From IMG/VR virus record IMGVR_UViG_3300012662_000015, positions 1-64,000 of that record: a stretch of 64,000 nucleotides of DNA; one strand, 5' to 3'. The translations under genes were made by a program, and so were the position numbers. Numbering within the stretch: position 1 is the stretch's first letter; the number at the start of each line of letters is the position of its first letter. This DNA is from a virus. Lineage: Duplodnaviria > Caudoviricetes. The notes under the pieces are model-generated. The model did not search any database, was not told the DNA's origin, and worked only from the letters and a program-made list of their open reading frames with translations. Of this stretch, positions 17,001 to 25,758 are shown piece after piece.

Positions 17001-17047
17001 TTCCGTGCGAGGACTCGAACCTCAACAAGCGCCGACCGCTCACGGAT
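17001..17047 (-). ncRNA. Minimal tRNA-like element (acceptor stem + T arm, no anticodon arm)
   Basis: TCCGTG-[AGCG gtcgg CGCT]-tgt-TGAGG-TTCGAGT-CCTCG-CACGGA, intergenic. Confidence 0.5.
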
Positions 17048-17073
17048 AACCGCTCCACATATGGGCGTCTGGC

Positions 17074-17349
17074 TCAGAAGTCGAAACCAACTATCACCTC
17101 ACGGTCGCCACGCAGAAACGTCTCGTGGTTCACGTCGTCGAACAGGTAACACTCATACTTCCGCTCGCTCCTCTCGTAATAGCCGCGCACGTAGACACGG
17201 CCGTTCGGACTGAGCTTGAAATATTCGCCCTGCTTGAGCTCCTTCACTTTCATGACGGTAAACTCGTCACCGCGCTCCATCGTGTGAACGCAGCCGCGTG
17301 ACTTGCTGAATGAACGCAGGCTCTCTCCTGAAATCTTTATCGTACTCAT
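17074..17349 (-). CDS. Hypothetical protein
   Basis: ORF starting MSTIKIS with ATTAACC leader. Confidence 0.65.
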   Translation of the reverse strand: MSTIKISGESLRSFSKSRGCVHTMERGDEFTVMKVKELKQGEYFKLSPNGRVYVRGYYERSERKYECYLFDDVNHETFLRGDREVIVGFDF

Positions 17350-17739
17350 AATCATTTTGATTTTGAAGGTTAATTATCGTACTGCCCGACAAAACGGGCA
17401 GCGGTTGGGCTCAAAGGTCCGCAGGCGCAATTATCGTACTTCCCAAGCTCAGCGCAAACCGGGCGACAGCAAATTCTCCAGGCGCAGCGTGGAACGCCAC
17501 AGCTCACGAAAGAACCATCTGCCAATTATCGTACTGCTCCAGAAATAGCCAAGCGCAAGTGTGTAGAAAACACCAAGCACGAAGGCAATTATCGTACTGC
17601 TGAACAACAACACGCACGGCAACGCCTGAATGGTGCCAAGCACCATAATGGCGCACGAATAGATGACTTGTCTCATAATCATATGAATTTAATTGGTTAA
17701 TTATCGTACTGTAGCCACGCACGACAATTACCGTACTGG
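17337..17739. repeat. Dispersed repeat (C)AATTATCGTACT(G), 7 copies plus one variant at ~16134
   Basis: Copies at 17337, 17372, 17428, 17523, 17586, 17699 and 17725. Confidence 0.8.
17449..17676 (-). CDS. Small membrane protein
   Basis: Hydrophobic 75-aa ORF with ATTAACC leader. Confidence 0.55.
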   Translation of the reverse strand: MRQVIYSCAIMVLGTIQALPCVLLFSSTIIAFVLGVFYTLALGYFWSSTIIGRWFFRELWRSTLRLENLLSPGLR

Positions 17740-17748
17740 CTACAGATT

Positions 17749-17883
17749 TTAGGCTAAAACAGCCACAACAAACTTTTTGCCGTTGTAGCTCATGAACTCT
17801 ACGTGGCTGTATATCGTCTGTAAGTCGGCGATACACGATTCCATCGCTCTTCCGCTTCTGCAATCTAATCTCAATGTGCTCAT
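17749..17883 (-). CDS. 44-aa protein, paralog of 16158..16292 (not in ORF track)
   Basis: MSTLRLDCRSGRAMESCIADLQTIYSHVEFMSYNGKKFVVAVLA*. Confidence 0.6.
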   Translation of the reverse strand: MSTLRLDCRSGRAMESCIADLQTIYSHVEFMSYNGKKFVVAVLA

Positions 17884-17949
17884 AATTCTAATTTGTTTGG
17901 TGAATAGAAAAGCCTACACGGAAATGCAGGCTTGAATTTTGGCTGAATG

Positions 17950-18153
17950 TCAGAAAGAAACAGCTCCGATGTTGTTCGCACGCATGTAGATTCTATCTGC
18001 AACGTACATCACAAAGTTACGCACACGCCCCACGTAAGGAGCTCTCGCACTTGCCAACAATCCTGCGAACTGGGCACGGGTCAAAAATCCCATGTTGAAG
18101 TCGTTCACTGCGTTTCTTACCTCTGCTACATTCTTCTTGTTAATTGCTTTCAT
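17950..18153 (-). CDS. Hypothetical protein
   Basis: 67-aa ORF with cassette leader. Confidence 0.6.
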   Translation of the reverse strand: MKAINKKNVAEVRNAVNDFNMGFLTRAQFAGLLASARAPYVGRVRNFVMYVADRIYMRANNIGAVSF

Positions 18154-18851
18154 AATTCTATTAATTTAAATGGTGAATAAATAGGAGGGCTGGGATTTCT
18201 CTCAGCCCCGATTTAAGCCAGGACGTGCATCTTGGCACCACGTTTTGTCTTTATCGTCTTCACCACGTGGCTCACGCCCTACAGATTTATTGCTTCTGCG
18301 AGCAGCTCGTTTTTCACTGAGGAGACAGACGTCTCGCGCGGATGACGGGCAACCGCTTTCAGTCAGCGTGAACAGTGTGCGCCTTGGTACGCTGCGGACC
18401 GTGGTCACGCACACCGTGATTTTACGGGTAACCAGCCCGCTGCGCTCACGACACGCATAGAATATGAATTATGATTTTTCTCTCTTCAAACTCTCACATC
18501 GCTATGTGATACAAACTCCCTGCGGTCCCGCCGTCTCATCTCATTCGACGCTCAGGTGAGGAATTTTCCTCGCTCCTCTCGGACGGGTGTCTCTGGTGGC
18601 AGCGCGTGCCATCTCTCTCCGTCTCGGTGTGCCTCTCGCACTCTCAATTTACCGAGGAGCTTTTCTTTCCCAATTAGTTGCCCATGGAGAATTTCAGTCC
18701 TTCATGGGGTAAGCCCACACGCCACGACAAGGCTTGAGAAATGTGTGGGGAAAAATAAGGGCATGAGTACCCGCACCAAATCTTTTGAATCTGGTGAAAA
18801 TTACATGGAGACCGTATAAACGGCCTCCATGTAATTGGATGCCAGGAAGGA

Positions 18852-19379
18852 TTATTTGCCCTTCGCTTTGGCCGCCTTTTCTTCAGCCTCTATTTGTCTT
18901 AGAGCCTCAAGTGCCGCCGCCTTTCGAGCCTTAAGCGATATCCGTTTGTTACGTGCTTCGTTCAGTTCTCCACCCCAAACCTGGAACTCTTTGTAGAGTT
19001 CTAACACTTTGGAAGCCAAAACGGAAACAGAAAAACAGGCATCATTGAAAGAGTCCTTGTCATAGTGGTTATCGAACCACTCCACAAACTTGTTAGCTTT
19101 GAACCCTGCAGCTATTGCCTTAACACCATGCCGCACCAGCTCAAAATTGATAGCACGCCCTTTGCCCGTATTGAGCAAATAGGCATCAACGGCAACGTTT
19201 AATTCTGTTTTTGCGGCTTGCACACGTTGCCAAATGGCATTCATGGCCGCATAATCGCTTGATGGGTTCTCCTTTTGCACCTCTCGCAAAATCTCCGTAC
19301 GAGAGATGTTTAACACATCCACACGAGCCGTTACGGCCGTTGTGTTCTCCAAAACGTCTTGAAAAGTCTTCTTTTTCAT
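18852..19379 (-). CDS. Hypothetical coiled-coil protein, first gene of the early leftward arm
   Basis: 175-aa Ala/Lys-rich ORF; -7 box at 19434-19441; hairpin 18799-18836 downstream. Confidence 0.75.
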   Translation of the reverse strand: MKKKTFQDVLENTTAVTARVDVLNISRTEILREVQKENPSSDYAAMNAIWQRVQAAKTELNVAVDAYLLNTGKGRAINFELVRHGVKAIAAGFKANKFVEWFDNHYDKDSFNDACFSVSVLASKVLELYKEFQVWGGELNEARNKRISLKARKAAALEALRQIEAEEKAAKAKGK

Positions 19380-19433
19380 AAGTCACTTGTTTTAATGGTT
19401 TATAATGTTGTCTTGCTAACGCTTTAGCGATAG

Positions 19434-19441
19434 CAAAGGTA
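19434..19441 (-). promoter_or_regulatory. -7 promoter box (TACCTTTG) of the leftward early operon
   Basis: TAnnTTTG consensus ~55 nt upstream of the ATG at 19379. Confidence 0.55.
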
Positions 19442-20504
19442 ACGAAAATAAATTAGAATATCATTATTTTTTAGCCTTTTAACCTTTGCGTAACTACTTG
19501 TCTTTCAGCTACTTATAAATTATTTTGCGTATATATATTGTAGCGTTTTTTTACGAAAGAAAGTGATGTTAATAAGGCGTTGTTTGCTTACAGACTGAAA
19601 CAAAAGCAAATAACCGCCAAAATATTGTAACGATTTATTGCCTATTAATGGCTTTTAAGTGTACTTAATACACTTTTGATATTGCGTAACTTGCTGAATA
19701 TGAGGTTGTTGTGTTTGTGTGTAATAATAACACTAAATAACTTAACTTGTTAGTTTTCAGCTCGTTAGGTTGTAATGGCCAAATATCATTACAAAACATC
19801 ATAAGTTATTGATAATTAGATGTTTATAAATTTGGTAAAATATCTACACATTTTGCACTCTTAATGAATGTTATACAATAACGGGCAATTTAACACTATA
19901 TGTATAGATATACGGGTAAATGTTAAAATATACGGCATGAAGGGTTTGTCAACATTCTTTACTTTGTCAAGTCTTTTCTTCCGTTTTCTTGACACTGAAA
20001 ACAGGTTGTTATATGGTATAACAACCGACACCCGCCCCCCCCGTGGGCATGGAGGGCAAAGCGCGTAGTTACCTCATACACAGGATTTTATATTTTTTTA
20101 TTTTTTTATTTTTTCTCCATTTTTTTGCCGTTTATTTTCGTCTATTATGTCTCCCGATGTACACTTTTAGGCATTTTAAGCCGTTTTGGGGCATTTTGCG
20201 GACTTTGGGGTTAGAAATACCCTATAATGAATATTATTGTTCATAGGAGTGAATGTTTTATGTATAGTATATCTAAGTAAATACAAGTATTTTGTAATAT
20301 TTTGGTTAATTTATATAGTTATGGTATTAAATGTACAAGCGAAATAGGTATAGCATATTAAAATAGGGTGTTTTATGTCGATTTTTTGTACATTCCGTTC
20401 ATTTTCCTCTTGTATAAATATTGAATATCTGGATATTTTTTCATATTTTTGCAATCGACATCAATAATTGCATTAATTTGCATGAATAGAATTGGTATTA
20501 TCAG

Positions 20505-20816
20505 ATGACGAAGAAAGAGCTTGTGTCGAGCGGCGCCTTCAAGTCCGCTCCTGACGACGCGTTGATTGTTTACATAGAGAGTGACGGGACGCTTCACAAC
20601 ATCGGTTCCTGCCAATGCAGGCACAACCGTACCGAGCTGTTGTTCTGCTCATGCACGCGAGCCATGAGCAAAGGCGACATGCTCTCCGACGTCCAGTTCC
20701 TTCATGCCAGCAGCGGTGCCGAGATAATGCTCTCCGATCGTTGTGGCGTTAGGTACAGCTGGGAGTGTTCGGTCAGCTACGACAACGGTTCAGTAGTGAT
20801 AACGGAGGACTTCTGA
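20505..20816 (+). CDS. Hypothetical protein
   Basis: 103-aa ORF, first gene of the rightward block. Confidence 0.6.
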   Translation: MTKKELVSSGAFKSAPDDALIVYIESDGTLHNIGSCQCRHNRTELLFCSCTRAMSKGDMLSDVQFLHASSGAEIMLSDRCGVRYSWECSVSYDNGSVVITEDF

Positions 20817-20817
20817 C

Positions 20818-21042
20818 ATGGGATGGCGTTACCACAACAAGCGCCCTCCCTTCAAGCCGGATCCCCGTCACTGGGTCCGCAAGAGTTCAAACGGCTGGAA
20901 GTCGAAGGTGGCATACGAGACGGAGGATGATGCCTGGGAGTTCTTGCAGCAGAACCCGAGGTTGAAGGCGTTGGGCTACAGGCCTTATTTCTGCCCGTTG
21001 TGCAGCAAGTACCACTGCGGACATTTGCACAAACAAAAATAG
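20818..21042 (+). CDS. Small Zn-ribbon protein
   Basis: YFCPLCSKYHCGH motif. Confidence 0.7.
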   Translation: MGWRYHNKRPPFKPDPRHWVRKSSNGWKSKVAYETEDDAWEFLQQNPRLKALGYRPYFCPLCSKYHCGHLHKQK

Positions 21043-21050
21043 TTGAGAAT

Positions 21051-21449
21051 ATGAAGAAACGAGGATATTACGAGTATGACCCTGTCATATACCCCAGGAA
21101 GTTGTGGGTTCACATCGGCTACGACCTGCGCGATGTCGCATCTTCGGAGTTTGAGGGTGTCGAGCAGACCGAGAAGGAGTACTACGGCGTGACCTACGAC
21201 GAGGTGGTAAGGAAGTCCGACAACATCATCGGTGTTCTCATGTCGTTTCAGTCCGCCAAGGACATGCGGATGAGCGTCTGCGCCCACGAATCATCGCACG
21301 CCTGTGACGACATGGAGAACGCCATAGGAATGGAGCACGGGGGCGAGGCGAGCGCGTATCTTCTCGGCTGGATAGCGGGGTGCGTGAACAGGGCGCGCCT
21401 TGGCGACGGAGATTTCATCGAAGTTAAAGACAAAGACAAGGAGGAATAG
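21051..21449 (+). CDS. Small HExxH (zincin-like) protein
   Basis: CAHESSH followed by EASAY. Confidence 0.65.
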   Translation: MKKRGYYEYDPVIYPRKLWVHIGYDLRDVASSEFEGVEQTEKEYYGVTYDEVVRKSDNIIGVLMSFQSAKDMRMSVCAHESSHACDDMENAIGMEHGGEASAYLLGWIAGCVNRARLGDGDFIEVKDKDKEE

Positions 21450-21452
21450 CTT

Positions 21453-22094
21453 ATGATTGACGAAAAAGATATTAATGTGGGGTTGCTTGTCGTGTTCCCT
21501 GAATGCGAGAAGATAACGTTGTTGGCAGAGGATGTCCTCCATCAGTTTGATATTGGCGGCTTTATCTTCAAGTTCTATAGCAATAACCAGTCTAATCAGG
21601 TTTTCGAAATCATTGGCTGCGACAAGGATCACCGCATAGGACTGCGACGTTTGGATGCCGACATAAAAACAGAGCCGTTTTTCGAGGTGATTTATGTTAC
21701 CCGTAAGCTCTTGTGCGAAGAAGCGTCAATTGCTCCTGGAATAGAGACGTACTACAAGGAACATTTCTGTAGAAAGAAAGACGTAGGCGGCATTTTCGGC
21801 GAGAAGCAGTTTGAGACGACAACTTTCAACATGCTTGCCACATACAAGGCCAAGAACCACGACTACGGCAACAGCTTTACAAACCTCTTCAACGAGTGCG
21901 GCATGATATACGCCTATGGGCACATGGCCGAGAAGCTGGCGCGCGTCAAGTCGCTCATGAAGGATGAGGAAAAGGTGAAAGGAGAAAGCATGAAGGACAG
22001 CCTTCTTGACCTTGCCAACTATGCGATTCTGACCGTCATGGAGTTGGATAATCATAACGAGAATAACAGCAATGAACCAGGGAAAGATTATTGA
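21453..22094 (+). CDS. DUF1599 / nucleotide-modification-associated domain protein
   Basis: C-terminal KNHDYGNSF...EKLAR...ESMKDSLLDLANYAIL. Confidence 0.8.
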   Translation: MIDEKDINVGLLVVFPECEKITLLAEDVLHQFDIGGFIFKFYSNNQSNQVFEIIGCDKDHRIGLRRLDADIKTEPFFEVIYVTRKLLCEEASIAPGIETYYKEHFCRKKDVGGIFGEKQFETTTFNMLATYKAKNHDYGNSFTNLFNECGMIYAYGHMAEKLARVKSLMKDEEKVKGESMKDSLLDLANYAILTVMELDNHNENNSNEPGKDY

Positions 22095-23625
22095 CAGACT
22101 CGTCAACGAGTTCTATACGGAAGCAAAGGAAGCGAGCTACGGTTTTGCGCAGTTTGCGGTGCCTTGGGGAAGAAAGGACAGCGACCAGTGGCGCAGGAAG
22201 AAGATAGCCTTCGACGCCACGTTGAGGGCTTTCGCCAAGAAATGCGGCGTAATGGCCGTAGACAACAAGCTTTACGCTTTCAACGGCAAGGTGTACGAGC
22301 CGACCACTCAGTTTGCCGTCTGCCAGGCGTACGACATACTCATGGCCTCGCTTGGCATAGCCGACGTGATGTCCAACAAGACGCTACGCAAGGAGGCGTT
22401 CCTTGACACAATTATAGCCTATAACCAGCTTGAGGTACGCAACGACCTCGTGGCGTTCAGGAACAAAGTGGTGGATTTCAGCGGAAAGAAGCCGTCCGAT
22501 ATGGGCAGGACGTGCCAGTTCAGCAGGCAATACCATGTCCTTGACTATCGGCCGTACGCTTACAACCCCGATGCTACCGCTCCGAAATTCATGGATTACC
22601 TCCGCTTTGCCCTGCCGGAGAAGATGGATAGGGACGTACTCCAGATGTTCCTTGGGCTTGGTCTTGTGCGCTCGTCTTATGCCTTCAAGCGCGACGACGG
22701 GCCGCGCAGCACCGTTGAGTTGTGCCTTATCATGCTCGGAAGCGGATCCAACGGAAAGAGCGTGCTGTTCAATATCATGTGCGCCTTGTTTGGCAGAAGT
22801 CACATCACGTCGATAGACTACGACACCATGACGTCTGACGGAGATGAGGGTCTTCGAGGAAGGGCGGCTATCAGGAGCGCCGTTTTCAACTGGTCATCAG
22901 ACTCCGACCCCAAGAAGTTTGGTCTGAAGAATACTGCCATGTTCAAGAGGATTGTGAGCGGCGAGCCGTTCCCGTACAGGTTGCTCGGAGAGGATATTGC
23001 CATATCAAAGAGCTGCCCGTACCTCATATTCAGCCTCAATGAGCTTCCAAACATCAACGAGGGGACACACGGGTTTGTCCGGCGACTACAGTTCGTCAAC
23101 TTCACGAAGACGGTACCGAGGTGGAAACAGAATCCGAACCTTTCGCAGGAGATTATCGACAGTGAGCTTCCTGGCGTTTTCAATTGGGTTCTCAGGGGTG
23201 CAAAGGAGATACGCCGCAGGCATTTCCATTTCCCGGCCACCGACGCGAATATCAAGACAAAGATCATGTCCCTGCTTCCGACAAATCCTGCGTCTGCATG
23301 GACGATGGCCTATCACCTGCGTGGAACAGCGATAGCTCCAAACGAGAACAAGGAGGAAATCTCCGCTGCCGAAATGTACGAAAGCTTCACAAGGTTCTGC
23401 AATGACAACGATTCGGGGCCGGTTCCATCAAAGATAGCTTTTGGGCGCTCTTTGCAAGCTCTCGGATTCACCAAGCGCAGGATGGCTGACGGAGTGGTTT
23501 TTGTTTGCTACGGAGCGTATGCGAGGGATTTGAAAGAGTCTATCCTCATAGACATGATCCATGATGACAACGAGGCGGCGCACGATTATTCACAAGACGA
23601 AGATTCATTTATTACGGAGGATTAG
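22072..23625 (+). CDS. P4/D5-like SF3 helicase (phage primase-helicase family)
   Basis: D5_N-like region, Walker A GSGSNGKS, FKRIVSGE, FSLNELP and GFVRRL motifs. Confidence 0.88.
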   Translation: MNQGKIIDRLVNEFYTEAKEASYGFAQFAVPWGRKDSDQWRRKKIAFDATLRAFAKKCGVMAVDNKLYAFNGKVYEPTTQFAVCQAYDILMASLGIADVMSNKTLRKEAFLDTIIAYNQLEVRNDLVAFRNKVVDFSGKKPSDMGRTCQFSRQYHVLDYRPYAYNPDATAPKFMDYLRFALPEKMDRDVLQMFLGLGLVRSSYAFKRDDGPRSTVELCLIMLGSGSNGKSVLFNIMCALFGRSHITSIDYDTMTSDGDEGLRGRAAIRSAVFNWSSDSDPKKFGLKNTAMFKRIVSGEPFPYRLLGEDIAISKSCPYLIFSLNELPNINEGTHGFVRRLQFVNFTKTVPRWKQNPNLSQEIIDSELPGVFNWVLRGAKEIRRRHFHFPATDANIKTKIMSLLPTNPASAWTMAYHLRGTAIAPNENKEEISAAEMYESFTRFCNDNDSGPVPSKIAFGRSLQALGFTKRRMADGVVFVCYGAYARDLKESILIDMIHDDNEAAHDYSQDEDSFITED

Positions 23626-23627
23626 AT

Positions 23628-24161
23628 ATGAAATTACCGTTTGGAAAGAAAGTTATGCTTGGCGGTTTTTACGTTCTCAAGCACACGAAGTCACTAACAT
23701 CGGCCGAATTGAAAAAGCTCAGAAAGGCCAGCAACATCCCGGCCGATGTCCAAAAGCACTTGGACCGCAAGTCTCTACCGTACATCACCATCTCTACGAT
23801 GTCAGACTCCTGGCGAATTGAGTTCGTCATCGGCACTGGAATGTACGAGGCCATTGACGAGCTTCCCGTAGCAGTGGACAGCGAAGGCGTGTACACCTAC
23901 TATGGCAACGCAAGGGTCAACTTCGGCAACATAGTAAACGGATGGTTCGCTTACACCGGCACCGTTGGCGACGCGGAGTATCAGGCAGCTGTGGTAAATG
24001 CCATGCAGGACTATCTTAAGCGCGCTTCCGAGAAAGGCAAAGACACCCTCGGCGAGGAAGAGAATGGCAAGGTGATGGACGATGAGCTTGAGCGCGAGGA
24101 GCACAAGTCGTTGCTCAAGTCCATGTCAAATGAACTGAAAAAAAGTGAGGAGAATGGATAA
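23628..24161 (+). CDS. Hypothetical protein
   Basis: 177-aa ORF. Confidence 0.75.
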   Translation: MKLPFGKKVMLGGFYVLKHTKSLTSAELKKLRKASNIPADVQKHLDRKSLPYITISTMSDSWRIEFVIGTGMYEAIDELPVAVDSEGVYTYYGNARVNFGNIVNGWFAYTGTVGDAEYQAAVVNAMQDYLKRASEKGKDTLGEEENGKVMDDELEREEHKSLLKSMSNELKKSEENG

Positions 24162-24351
24162 TACGGACAGGATTATCGACATGGCGCAGGACATGGCCTC
24201 AATTCAGTCTTGGATGCTAACTATTATGGACGCATTGGAGACTGGAGTCATGCCACGGCACTTTCAAACGTTTAACGACGACGCTTTGGATAGTTGGACG
24301 TCAGTAATAGAGGAAGGTATCGTTAAGAGAGGTGTTAAGCCTCACGAGTAA
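24154..24351 (+). CDS. Hypothetical protein
   Basis: ORF starting MDNTDR, followed by hairpin 24361-24388. Confidence 0.55.
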   Translation: MDNTDRIIDMAQDMASIQSWMLTIMDALETGVMPRHFQTFNDDALDSWTSVIEEGIVKRGVKPHE

Positions 24352-24468
24352 GAAAAGAAAGTGCCAAGGGCATCACTGCTCCCGGCACTCATTATTAACC
24401 ATTTAAATTTCATAGAATTATGAAATAATGCTTGCAAAGTTAATTGTTTCCGTTGAAACGGCAAAGCG

Positions 24469-24978
24469 TTATGTTTCTTTTTTCTTTTTTTGCTGATAAA
24501 CGAGGCAATCCTGGCATCTTGTGGGATAATGAACAGGCAGGAAATACCTCATTGGCTTCTCATCCGTCTTGATGTCGTCCTGCTTAATCTTCGCATAGTC
24601 TGCAATAGCCTTGGTTAGGTCCGTCCACTCCTTGCTTCCGCTCTTGTAGCGTTTCCTTGCCACAAGTAGGTCGCTGAGGATCTTTTCCTTAGATGTCTCC
24701 TTTGCCAGCTCGTCAAGCGGGATTGTGCCAGCCCCAGCATCCACGCTATTGTTTATCCTTGCAACGATTGCCGGTTTGGTTTCATACTCGTTCAGCAGCT
24801 TCCGCTGTTGGACCATCGTATAAGACCTGTATATGCGACCAAACGCTACATAAAATGCGTCGGATTTACTCCACCCCATTCTTCTTAGGTCGGCATAAAT
24901 GAGCTCCTCTACGGTTCCTATTCCGGTCTTTTCCATCACTGCCCTCATGCTGGCAGACGCTTGTAACCTTTCTTCCAT
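24469..24978 (-). CDS. Candidate terminase small subunit
   Basis: Last gene of the terL-portal operon; helical, ends in CxxC; assigned by context only. Confidence 0.4.
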   Translation of the reverse strand: MEERLQASASMRAVMEKTGIGTVEELIYADLRRMGWSKSDAFYVAFGRIYRSYTMVQQRKLLNEYETKPAIVARINNSVDAGAGTIPLDELAKETSKEKILSDLLVARKRYKSGSKEWTDLTKAIADYAKIKQDDIKTDEKPMRYFLPVHYPTRCQDCLVYQQKKKKET

Positions 24979-24981
24979 ATC

Positions 24982-25755
24982 CTAATCTTTTTCCTTGTCG
25001 TAAACATAAGTAGTCCAACAACAACATCTCGAATGATACAAAGGCGGCGGGTCGTTAGGGTCTCCCATCTTGTGAAATCTTTCCGCATGGCTATCGCAAA
25101 GGTCACAAGGATAAGACGATCCACGGTGCGGAACAAAGCCTATCGCGCCACTCCTTTTCGCAAAGTTATACTCCTCTCTGCTCCACGCTATCGCGATTGT
25201 CCCCTGCGCGTTCCTGACGATGTTACCGTAGCCGGCTTTGTAAAGTCCGTGCTTCCTTTTTTCAACCGGAATGTTGATGTTCTTTGCCGAAGCTTTTCCT
25301 ATCGTGCCGTTTGCATACGGGTCTTTGTATTCGTTTTGTAAAGTTTTTTCTATTTCTCCAGACTTTATTTTCATCTTTCTGGCCGCATAAATTACCTTGG
25401 CGCAGTCGCTGAAGAAATAGCGCATATACTCTTCACTTCTTTCCTTGAATGTCTTGCCGAACAATTCAGAATTAAGAAGCCTCCCCGTCGCTCCAGTGTC
25501 CTTGTCTCCAATAACCAGTATGGCCGCCTTCGAATACTCCTTGATATAAGTGTCTATTTCATTCCTCGCTTCATCAATCACTCGCTTAGACCTGGCCCAA
25601 AGCGCTGTTTCAAACACGCTCTCTGAAGACGGCAAGCGTATCTCTTTCGCCGATTTAGCGATTTCAGATGCGGCATCGGAGAGGATTTTGTCAATATGAG
25701 CCTTGACATTCCTCTCCGCCTGTTTGCGTTTCAATGACACCTCTTTCCCGTCCAT
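24982..25755 (-). CDS. Head morphogenesis protein (SPP1 gp7 / Mu gpF-like)
   Basis: C-terminal CDLCD...PPLYHSRCCC; follows the portal gene. Confidence 0.7.
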   Translation of the reverse strand: MDGKEVSLKRKQAERNVKAHIDKILSDAASEIAKSAKEIRLPSSESVFETALWARSKRVIDEARNEIDTYIKEYSKAAILVIGDKDTGATGRLLNSELFGKTFKERSEEYMRYFFSDCAKVIYAARKMKIKSGEIEKTLQNEYKDPYANGTIGKASAKNINIPVEKRKHGLYKAGYGNIVRNAQGTIAIAWSREEYNFAKRSGAIGFVPHRGSSYPCDLCDSHAERFHKMGDPNDPPPLYHSRCCCWTTYVYDKEKD

Positions 25756-25758
25756 GGC

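Noticed and set aside
17337-17739. AATTATCGTACT repeats as a CRISPR array
   Set aside because: Repeats are only 10-14 bp, spacing is irregular, two lie inside an ORF, and there are no cas genes.
18300-18365. Hammerhead-like ribozyme (CTGA.GA / GAAA fragments)
   Set aside because: The core elements could not be arranged with the required stems on either strand.
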